DNA from: Auanema rhodensis
Taxonomy: Eukaryota; Animalia; Nematoda
NCBI GenBank assembly: GCA_964057225.1
Contig: OZ059899.1
Span: 18,414,001-18,478,000 of the forward strand
Reading direction: 5' to 3'
Length of the DNA: 64,000 nt
Below the pieces are notes generated by a model that saw nothing but the letters and a program-made list of their open reading frames with translations, made no database searches and had not been told where the DNA came from. Both the position numbers and the translations under genes were made by a program. This document shows positions 52,865-64,000 of the stretch, piece after piece (position 1 is the stretch's first letter; the number at the start of each line of letters is the position of its first letter).

Positions 52865-55800
52865 TTGAAAAATGATGCATTAGTGTATGTTGAGTTTCCA
52901 TGTACACTCAACATTGCTTCCAAAAACATTTTGACAAAAATTTTTTCGAAAAATTTCAAAATAATTTAGCAAAAAGTAGATGTTTTTAGATTCCTTTTTT
53001 CAAGGCAAAGACGATGAACAATGTTATTCAACGAAAAAATTAATTCTTCAGGGTGAAAATCGAGGATATAAGTGTGAACTTATATCAGTTGATATCTCGG
53101 TGAATTTTTAAGCTAGCGCAAATCTAATAACACAGATCGACGCAGCTTAAAAATCCGCATCGAATGCACTATACTACATTGAGAAACGCTTAATACAAAA
53201 ATTAGTTATGATCGTTTGAAAAATGATGCCTTAGTGTATGTTGAGTTTCCATGTACACTCAACATTGCTTCCAAAAGCATTTTGACAAAAATTTTTTCGA
53301 AAAATTTCAGAATATTTTAGCAAAAAATAGTTGTTTTTAGATTCCTTTTTTCAAGGCAAAGACGATGGACAATGTTATTCAACGAAAAAATTAATTCTTC
53401 AGGGTGAAAATCGAGGATATAAGTGTGAACTTATATCAGTTGATATCTCGGTGAATTTTTAAGCTAGCGCAAATCTAATAACACAGATCGACGCAGCTTA
53501 AAAATCCGCATCGAATGCACTATACTACATTGAGAAACGCTTAATACAAAAATTAGTTATGATCGTTTGAAAAATGATGCCTTAGTGTATGTTGAGTTTC
53601 CATGTACACTCAACATTGCTTCCAAAAACATTTTGACAAAAATTTTTTCGAAAAATTTCAAAATAATTTAGCAAAAAGTAGATGTTTTTAGATTCCTTTT
53701 TTCAAGGCAAAGACGATGAACAATGTTATTCAACGAAAAAATTAATTCTTCAGGGTGAAAATCGAGGATATAAGTGTGAACTTATATCAGTTGATATCTC
53801 GGTGAATTTTTAAGCTAGCGCAAATCTAATAACACAGATCGACGCAGCTTAAAAATCCGCATCGAATGCACTATACTACATTGAGAAACGCTTAATACAA
53901 AAATTAGTTATGATCGTTTGAAAAATGATGCCTTAGTGTATGTTGAGTTTCCATGTACACTCAACATTGCTTCCAAAAGCATTTTGACAAAAATTTTTTC
54001 GAAAAATTTCAGAATATTTTAGCAAAAAATAGTTGTTTTTAGATTCCTTTTTTCAAGGCAAAGACGATGGACAATGTTATTCAACGAAAAAATTAATTCT
54101 TCAGGGTGAAAATCGAGGATATAAGTGTGAACTTATATCAGTTGATATCTCGGTGAATTTTTAAGCTAGCGCAAATCTAATAACACAGATCGACGCAGCT
54201 TAAAAATCCGCATCGAATGCACTATACTACATTGAGAAACGCTTAATACAAAAATTAGTTATGATCGTTTGAAAAATGATGCCTTAGTGTATGTTGAGTT
54301 TCCATGTACACTCAACATTGCTTCCAAAAGCATTTTGACAAAAATTTTTTCGAAAAATTTCAGAATATTTTAGCAAAAAATAGTTGTTTTTAGATTCCTT
54401 TTTTCAAGGCAAAGACGATGGACAATGTTATTCAACGAAAAAATTAATTCTTCAGGGTGAAAATCGAGGATATAAGTGTGAACTTATATCAGTTGATATC
54501 TCGGTGCATTTTTAAGCTAGCGCAAATCTGATAACACAGATCGACGCAGCTTAAAAATCCGCATCGAATGCACTATACTACATTGAGAAACGCTTAATAC
54601 AAAATTTAGTTATGATCGTTTGAAAAATGATGCATTAGTGTATGTTGAGTTTCCATGTACACTGAACATTGCTTCCAAAAACATTTTGACAAAAATTTTT
54701 TCAAAAAATTTCAGAATAATTTAGCAAAAAGTAGATGTTTTTAGATTCCTTTTTTCAAGGCAAAGACGATGGACTTTGTTATTCAACGAAAAAATTAATT
54801 CTTCAGGGTGAAAATCGAGGATATAAGTGTGAACTTATATCAGTTGATATCTCGGTGCATTTTTAAGCTAGCGCAAATCTGATAACACAGATCGACGCAG
54901 CTTAAAAATCCGCATCGAATGCACTATACTACATTGAGAAACGCTTAATACAAAATTTAGTTATGATCGTTTGAAAAATGATGCATTAGTGTATGTTGAG
55001 TTTCCATGTACACTGAACATTGCTTCCAAAAACATTTTGACAAAAATTTTTTCAAAAAATTTCAGGATAATTTAGCAAAAAGTAGATGTTTTTAGATTCC
55101 TTTTTTCAAGGCAAAGACGATGGACTTTGTTATTCAACGAAAAAATTAATTCTTCAGGGTGAAAATCGAGGATATAAGTGTGAACTTATATCAGTGGATA
55201 TCTCGGTGCATTTTTAAGCTAGCGCAAATCTAATAATACAGATCGACGCAGCTTAAAAATCCGCATCGAATGCACTATACTACATTGAGAAACGCTCAAT
55301 ACAAAAATTAGTTATGATCGTTTGAAAAATGATGCCTTAGTGTATGTTGAGTTTCCATGTACACTCAACATTGCTTCCAAAAACATTTTGACAAAAATTT
55401 TTTCGAAAAATTTCAAAATAATTTAGCAAAAAGTAGATGTTTTTAGATTCCTTTTTTCAAGGCAAAGACGATGGACAATGTTATTCAACGAAAAAATTAA
55501 TTCTTCAGGGTGAAAATCGAGGATATAAGTGTGAACTTATATCAGTTGATATCTCGGTGCATTTTTAAGCTAGCGCAAATCTGATAACACAGATCGACGC
55601 AGCTTAAAAATCCGCATCGAATGCACTATACTACATTGAGAAACGTTTAATACAAAATTTAGTTATGATCGTTTGAAAAATGATGCATTAGTGTATGTTG
55701 AGTTTCCATGTACACTGAACATTGCTTCCAAAAACATTTTGACAAAAATTTTTTCAAAAAATTTCAAAATAATTTAGCAAAAAGTAGATGTTTTTAGATT

Positions 55801-58800
55801 CCTTTTTTCAAGGCAAAGACGATGGACTTTGTTATTCAACGAAAAAATTAATTCTTCAGGGTGAAAATCGAGGATATAAGTGTGAACTTATATCAGTTGA
55901 TATCTCGGTGCATTTTTAAGCTAGCGCAAATCTGATAACACAGATCGACGCAGCTTAAAAATCCGCATCGAATGCACTATACTACATTGAGAAACGCTTA
56001 ATACAAAATTTAGTTATGATCGTTTGAAAAATGATGCATTAGTGTATGTTGAGTTTCCATGTACACTGAACATTGCTTCCAAAAACATTTTGACAAAAAT
56101 TTTTTCAAAAAATTTCAGAATAATTTAGCAAAAAGTAGATGTTTTTAGATTCCTTTTTTCAAGGCAAAGACGATGGACTTTGTTATTCAACGAAAAAATT
56201 AATTCTTCAGGGTGAAAATCGAGGATATAAGTGTGAACTTATATCAGATGATATCTCGGTGCATTTTTAAGCTAGCGCAAATCTAATAATACAGATCGAC
56301 GCAGCTTAAAAATCCGCATCGAATGCACTATACTACATTGAGAAACGCTTAATACAAAAATTAGTTATGATCGTTTGAAAAATGATGCATTAGTGTATGT
56401 TGAGTTTCCATGTACACTCAACATTGCTTCCAAAAACATTTTGACAAAAATTTTTTCGAAAAATTTCAAGATAATTTAGCAAAAAGTAGATGTTTTTAGA
56501 TTCCTTTTTTCAAGGCAAAGACGATGAACAATGTTATTCAACGAAAAAATTAATTCTTCAGGGTGAAAATCGAGGATATAAGTGTGAACTTATATCAGTT
56601 GATATCTCGGTGCATTTTTAAGCTAGCGCAAATCTAATAATACAGATCGACGCAGCTTAAAAATCCGCATCGAATGCATTATACTACATTGAGAAACGCT
56701 CAATACAAAAATTAGTTATGATCGTTTGAAAAATGATGCCTTAGTGTATGTTGAGTTTCCATGTACACTCAACATTGCTTCCAAAAACATTTTGACAAAA
56801 ATTTTTTCGAAAAATTTCAAAATAATTTAGCAAAAAGTAGATGTTTTTAGATTCCTTTTTTCAAGGCAAAGACGATGGACTTTGTTATTCAACGAAAAAA
56901 TTAATTCTTCAGGGTGAAAATCGAGGATATAAGTGTGAACTTATATCAGATGATATCTCGGTGCATTTTTAAGCTAGCGCAAATCTAATAATACAGATCG
57001 ACGCAGCTTAAAAATCCGCATCGAATGCACTATACTACATTGAGAAACGCTTAATACAAAATTTAGTTATGATCGTTTGAAAAATGATGCCTTAGTGTAT
57101 GTTGAGTTTCCATGTACACTCAACATTGCTTCCAAAAACATTTTGACAAAAATTTTTTCGAAAAATTTCAAAATAATTTAGCAAAAAGTAGATGTTTTTA
57201 GATTCCTTTTTTCAAGGCAAAGACGATGGACTTTGTTATTCAACGAAAAAATTAATTCTTCAGGGTGAAAATCGAGGATATAAGTGTGAACTTATATCAG
57301 TTGATATCTCGGTGCATTTTTAAGCTAGCGCAAATCTGATAACACAGATCGACGCAGCTTAAAAATCCGCATCGAATGCACTATACTACATTGAGAAACG
57401 CTTAATACAAAATTTAGTTATGATCGTTTGAAAAATGATGCATTAGTGTATGTTGAGTTTCCATGTACACTGAACATTGCTTCCAAAAACATTTTGACAA
57501 AAATTTTTTCAAAAAATTTCAGAATAATTTAGCAAAAAGTAGATGTTTTTAGATTCCTTTTTTCAAGGCAAAGACGATGGATTTTGTTATTCAACGAAAA
57601 AATTAATTCTTCAGGGTGAAAATCGAGGATATAAGTGTGAACTTATATCAGATGATATCTCGGTGCATTTTTAAGCTAGCGCAAATCTAATAATACAGAT
57701 CGACGCAGCTTAAAAATCCGCATCGAATGCACTATACTACATTGAGAAACGCTCGATACAAAAATTAGTTATGATCGTTTGAAAAATGATGCCTTAGTGT
57801 ATGTTGAGTTTCCATGTACACTCAACATTGCTTCCAAAAACATTTTGACAAAAATTTTTTCGAAAAATTTCAAAATAATTTAGCAAAAAGTAGATGTTTT
57901 TAGATTCCTTTTTTCAAGGCAAAGACGATGGACTTTGTTATTCAACGAAAAAATTAATTCTTCAGGGTGAAAATCGAGGATATAAGTGTGAACTTATATC
58001 AGATGATATCTCGGTGCATTTTTAAGCTAGCGCAAATCTAATAATACAGATCGACGCAGCTTAAAAATCCGCATCGAATGCACTATACTACATTGAGAAA
58101 CGCTCGATACAAAAATTAGTTATGATCGTTTGAAAAATGATGCCTTAGTGTATGTTGAGTTTCCATGTACACTCAACATTGCTTCCAAAAACATTTTGAC
58201 AAAAATTTTTTCGAAAAATTTCAAAATAATTTAGCAAAAAGTAGATGTTTTTAGATTCCTTTTTTCAAGGCAAAGACGATGGACAATGTTATTCAACGAA
58301 AAAATTAATTCTTCAGGGTGAAAATCGAGGATATAAGTGTGAACTTATATCAGTTGATATCTCGGTGCATTTTTAAGCTAGCGCAAATCTGATAACACAG
58401 ATCGACGCAGCTTAAAAATCCGCATCGAATGCACTATACTACATTGAGAAACGTTTAATACAAAATTTAGTTATGATCGTTTGAAAAATGATGCATTAGT
58501 GTATGTTGAGTTTCCATGTACACTGAACATTGCTTCCAAAAACATTTTGACAAAAATTTTTTCAAAAAATTTCAAAATAATTTAGCAAAAAGTAGATGTT
58601 TTTAGATTCCTTTTTTCAAGGCAAAGACGATGGACTTTGTTATTCAACGAAAAAATTAATTCTTCAGGGTGAAAATCGAGGATATAAGTGTGAACTTATA
58701 TCAGTTGATATCTCGGTGCATTTTTAAGCTAGCGCAAATCTAATAATACAGATCGACGCAGCTTAAAAATCCGCATCGAATGCACTATACTACATTGAGA

Positions 58801-61800
58801 AACGCTCGATACAAAAATTAGTTATGATCGTTTGAAAAATGATGCCTTAGTGTATGTTGAGTTTCCATGTACACTCAACATTGCTTCCAAAAACATTTTG
58901 ACAAAAATTTTTTCGAAAAATTTCAAAATAATTTAGCAAAAAGTAGATGTTTTTAGATTCCTTTGTTCAAGGCAAAGACGATGGACAATGTTATTCAACG
59001 AAAAAATTAATTCTTCAGGGTGAAAATCGAGGATATAAGTGTGAACTTATATCAGTTGATATCTCGGTGCATTTTTAAGCTAGCGCAAATCTGATAACAC
59101 AGATCGACGCAGCTTAAAAATCCGCATCGAATGCACTATACTACATTGAGAAACGCTTAATACAAAAATTAGTTATGATCGTTTGAAAAATGATGCATTA
59201 GTGTATGTTGAGTTTCCATGTACACTCAACATTGCTTCCAAAAACATTTTGACAAAAATTTTTTCGAAAAATTTCAAGATAATTTAGCAAAAAGTAGATG
59301 TTTTTAGATTCTTTTTTTCAAGGCAAAGACGATGAACAATGTTATTCAACGAAAAAATTAATTCTTCAGGGTGAAAATCGAGGATATAAGTGTGAACTTA
59401 TATCAGTTGATATCTCGGTGCATTTTTAAGCTAGCGCAAATCTAATAATACAGATCGACGCAGCTTAAAAATCCGCATCGAATGCACTATACTACATTGA
59501 GAAACGCTTAATACAAAAATTAGTTATGATCGTTTGAAAAATGATGCCTTAGTGTATGTTGAGTTTCCATGTACACTCAACATTGCTTCCAAAAACATTT
59601 TGACAAAAATTTTTTCGAAAAATTTCAAAATAATTTAGCAAAAAGTAGATGTTTTTAGATTCCTTTTTTTAAGGCAAAGACGATGGACAATGTTATTCAA
59701 CGAAAAAATTAATTCTTCAGGGTGAAAATCGAGGATATAAGTGTGAACTTATATCAGTTGATATCTCGGTGCATTTTCAAGCTAGCGCAAATCTGATAAC
59801 ACAGATCGACGCAGCTTAAAAATCCGCATCGAATGCACTATACTACATTGAGAAACGCTTAATACAAAAATTAGTTATGATCGTTTGAAAAATGATGCAT
59901 TAGTGTATGTTGAGTTTCCATGTACACTCAACATTGCTTCCAAAAACATTTTGACAAAAATTTTTTCGAAAAATTTCAAGATAATTTAGCAAAAAGTAGA
60001 TGTTTTTAGATTCTTTTTTTCAAGGCAAAGACGATGAACAATGTTATTCAACGAAAAAATTAATTCTTCAGGGTGAAAATCGAGGATATAAGTGTGAACT
60101 TATATCAGTTGATATCTCGGTGCATTTTTAAGCTAGCGCAAATCTAATAATACAGATCGACGCAGCTTAAAAATCCGCATCGAATGCACTATACTACATT
60201 GAGAAACGCTTAATACAAAAATTAGTTATGATCGTTTGAAAAATGATGCCTTAGTGTATGTTGAGTTTCCATGTACACTCAACATTGCTTCCAAAAACAT
60301 TTTGACAAAAATTTTTTCGAAAAATTTCAAAATAATTTAGCAAAAAGTAGATGTTTTTAGATTCCTTTTTTCAAGGCAAAGACGATGGACAATGTTATTC
60401 AACGAAAAAATTAATTCTTCAGGGTGAAAATCGAGGATATAAGTGTGAACTTATATCAGTTGATATCTCGGTGCATTTTTAAGCTAGCGCAAATCTGATA
60501 ACACAGATCGACGCAGCTTAAAAATCCGCATCGAATGCACTATACTACATTGAGAAACGCTTAATACAAAAATTAGTTATGATCGTTTGAAAAATGATGC
60601 ATTAGTGTATGTTGAGTTTCCATGTACACTCAACATTGCTTCCAAAAACATTTTGACAAAAATTTTTTCGAAAAATTTCAAGATAATTTAGCAAAAAGTA
60701 GATGTTTTTAGATTCTTTTTTTCAAGGCAAAGACGATGAACAATGTTATTCAACGAAAAAATTAATTCTTCAGGGTGAAAATCGAGGATATAAGTGTGAA
60801 CTTATATCAGTTGATATCTTGGTGCATTTTTAAGCTAGCGCAAATCTGATAATACAGATCGACGCAGCTTAAAAATCCGCATCGAATGCACTATACTACA
60901 TTGAGAAACGCTTAATACAAAATTTAGTTATGATCGTTTGAAAAATGATGCATTAGTGTATGTTGAGTTTCCATGTACACTGAACATTGCTTCCAAAAAC
61001 ATTTTGACAAAAATTTTTTCAAAAAATTTCAAAATAATTTAGCAAAAAGTAGATGTTTTTAGATTCTTTTTTTCAAGGCAAAGACGATGAACAATGTTAT
61101 TCAACGAAAAAATTAATTCTTCAGGGTGAAAATCGAGGATATAAGTGTGAACTTATATCAGTTGATATCTCGGTGCATTTTTAAGCTAGCGCAAATCTAA
61201 TAATACAGATCGACGCAGCTTAAAAATCCGCATCGAATGCACTATACTACATTGAGAAACGCTTAATACAAAAATTAGTTATGATCGTTTGAAAAATGAT
61301 GCATTAGTGTATGTTGAGTTTCCATGTACACTCAACATTGCTTCCAAAAACATTTTGACAAAAATTTTTTCGAAAAATTTCAAGATAATTTAGCAAAAAG
61401 TAGATGTTTTTAGATTCTTTTTTTCAAGGCAAAGACGATGAACAATGTTATTCAACGAAAAAATTAATTCTTCAGGGTGAAAATCGAGGATATAAGTGTG
61501 AACTTATATCAGTTGATATCTCGGTGCATTTTTAAGCTAGCGCAAATCTAATAATACAGATCGACGCAGCTTAAAAATCCGCATCGAATGCACTATACTA
61601 CATTGAGAAACGCTTAATACAAAAATTAGTTATGATCGTTTGAAAAATGATGCCTTAGTGTATGTTGAGTTTCCATGTACACTCAACATTGCTTCCAAAA
61701 ACATTTTGACAAAAATTTTTTCGAAAAATTTCAAAATAATTTAGCAAAAAGTAGATGTTTTTAGATTCCTTTTTTCAAGGCAAAGACGATGGACAATGTT

Positions 61801-64000
61801 ATTCAACGAAAAAATTAATTCTTCAGGGTGAAAATCGAGGATATAAGTGTGAACTTATATCAGTTGATATCTCGGTGCATTTTTAAGCTAGCGCAAATCT
61901 GATAACACAGATCGACGCAGCTTAAAAATCCGCATCGAATGCACTATACTACATTGAGAAACGCTTAATACAAAAATTAGTTATGATCGTTTGAAAAATG
62001 ATGCATTAGTGTATGTTGAGTTTCCATGTACACTCAACATTGCTTCCAAAAACATTTTGACAAAAATTTTTTCGAAAAATTTCAAGATAATTTAGCAAAA
62101 AGTAGATGTTTTTAGATTCTTTTTTTCAAGGCAAAGACGATGAACAATGTTATTCAACGAAAAAATTAATTCTTCAGGGTGAAAATCGAGGATATAAGTG
62201 TGAACTTATATCAGTTGATATCTTGGTGCATTTTTAAGCTAGCGCAAATCTGATAATACAGATCGACGCAGCTTAAAAATCCGCATCGAATGCACTATAC
62301 TACATTGAGAAACGCTTAATACAAAATTTAGTTATGATCGTTTGAAAAATGATGCATTAGTGTATGTTGAGTTTCCATGTACACTGAACATTGCTTCCAA
62401 AAACATTTTGACAAAAATTTTTTCAAAAAATTTCAAAATAATTTAGCAAAAAGTAGATGTTTTTAGATTCTTTTTTTCAAGGCAAAGACGATGAACAATG
62501 TTATTCAACGAAAAAATTAATTCTTCAGGGTGAAAATCGAGGATATAAGTGTGAACTTATATCAGTTGATATCTCGGTGCATTTTTAAGCTAGCGCAAAT
62601 CTAATAATACAGATCGACGCAGCTTAAAAATCCGCATCGAATGCACTATACTACATTGAGAAACGCTTAATACAAAAATTAGTTATGATCGTTTGAAAAA
62701 TGATGCATTAGTGTATGTTGAGTTTCCATGTACACTCAACATTGCTTCCAAAAACATTTTGACAAAAATTTTTTCGAAAAATTTCAAGATAATTTAGCAA
62801 AAAGTAGATGTTTTTAGATTCTTTTTTTCAAGGCAAAGACGATGAACAATGTTATTCAACGAAAAAATTAATTCTTCAGGGTGAAAATCGAGGATATAAG
62901 TGTGAACTTATATCAGTTGATATCTCGGTGCATTTTTAAGCTAGCGCAAATCTAATAATACAGATCGACGCAGCTTAAAAATCCGCATCGAATGCACTAT
63001 ACTACATTGAGAAACGCTTAATACAAAAATTAGTTATGATCGTTTGAAAAATGATGCCTTAGTGTATGTTGAGTTTCCATGTACACTCAACATTGCTTCC
63101 AAAAACATTTTGACAAAAATTTTTTCGAAAAATTTCAAAATAATTTAGCAAAAAGTAGATGTTTTTAGATTCCTTTTTTCAAGGCAAAGACGATGGACAA
63201 TGTTATTCAACGAAAAAATTAATTCTTCAGGGTGAAAATCGAGGATATAAGTGTGAACTTATATCAGTTGATATCTCGGTGCATTTTCAAGCTAGCGCAA
63301 ATCTGATAACACAGATCGACGCAGCTTAAAAATCCGCATCGAATGCACTATACTACATTGAGAAACGCTTAATACAAAAATTAGTTATGATCGTTTGAAA
63401 AATGATGCATTAGTGTATGTTGAGTTTCCATGTACACTCAACATTGCTTCCAAAAACATTTTGACAAAAATTTTTTCAAAAAATTTCAAGATAATTTAGC
63501 AAAAAGTAGATGTTTTTAGATTCTTTTTTTCAAGGCAAAGACGATGAACAATGTTATTCAACGAAAAAATTAATTCTTCAGGGTGAAAATCGAGGATATA
63601 AGTGTGAACTTATATCAGTTGATATCTCGGTGCATTTTTAAGCTAGCGCAAATCTAATAATACAGATCGACGCAGCTTAAAAATCCGCATCGAATGCACT
63701 ATACTACATTGAGAAACGCTTAATACAAAAATTAGTTATGATCGTTTGAAAAATGATGCCTTAGTGTATGTTGAGTTTCCATGTACACTCAACATTGCTT
63801 CCAAAAACATTTTGACAAAAATTTTTTCGAAAAATTTCAAAATAATTTAGCAAAAAGTAGATGTTTTTAGATTCCTTTTTTCAAGGCAAAGACGATGGAC
63901 AATGTTATTCAACGAAAAAATTAATTCTTCAGGGTGAAAATCGAGGATATAAGTGTGAACTTATATCAGTTGATATCTCGGTGCATTTTTAAGCTAGCGC
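52865..64000. repeat. Right variant domain (ttctTcaggg / ttTAGcaaaa subfamily, lacking the PstI site)
   Basis: Every monomer from 52865 on reads ttcttcaggg rather than ttctgcaggg and carries tttagcaaaa. Further markers are gatgcCtt, cactGaac, gacTTtg, atgAac and ctAataaT. Confidence 0.9.
59183..64000. repeat. Second dimer family with a nested 4-monomer (1404-bp) duplication
   Basis: caaGat/atgAac monomers alternate with gcCtt monomers. 59885-61288 ~ 61289-62692, with the private marker atatctTgg at ~60820 and ~62224. Confidence 0.83.

Larger units (their letters stand above)
1..64000. repeat. Satellite DNA: tandem array of a 351-bp AT-rich monomer, ~182 copies, all in one orientation, running off both window ends
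   Basis: The anchor gatcgtTTGaaaaa recurs at 218, 569, 920, 1271 ... 63746 with 351-bp spacing (350 in three monomers). Copies differ by only a few substitutions. I saw no unique sequence anywhere. Confidence 0.99.

Noticed and set aside
1-64000. CRISPR array, integron cassette array, or tandem 5S/tRNA/snRNA genes
   Set aside because: There are no unique spacers or cassettes because the entire unit repeats. No cas or integrase genes are present, and I recognise no 5S, tRNA or snRNA sequence.
1-64000. Assignment to a named ~350-360-bp insect satellite family
   Set aside because: Length and AT content are similar to several such families, but I cannot confirm sequence homology without a BLAST/Dfam search.

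Overview
The whole 64 kb window is one uninterrupted, head-to-tail tandem array of a 351-bp AT-rich monomer (~182 copies; ~32% GC by hand count of one monomer). This is eukaryotic satellite DNA, plausibly (peri)centromeric or heterochromatic; unreduced CpG content suggests a low-methylation, possibly invertebrate, genome (inference). I cannot assign a named family or species. There are no credible genes, RNA genes, transposon insertions, inversions or CRISPR arrays. The ~100 '63-aa ORFs' are the same chance TTG-started frame in each monomer, and nonsense variants close it in many copies. The real information lies at two levels. (1) The monomer is dense in dyad symmetry: a 9-bp stem with a GNRA loop, a 67-nt bulged hairpin, a second 9-bp stem, a cluster of A/T-tract palindromes with one apparently compensatory double substitution, and an overlapping ~118-bp imperfect inverted repeat. 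(2) Monomer variants record local duplications of 2, 3, 4, 5, 6, 7/8 and 9 monomers, chimeric monomers and a left-to-right subfamily replacement. Length is very strictly kept, with only three net 1-bp losses in 64 kb. I did not find a demonstrable new biological system; the structured monomer is the best lead.
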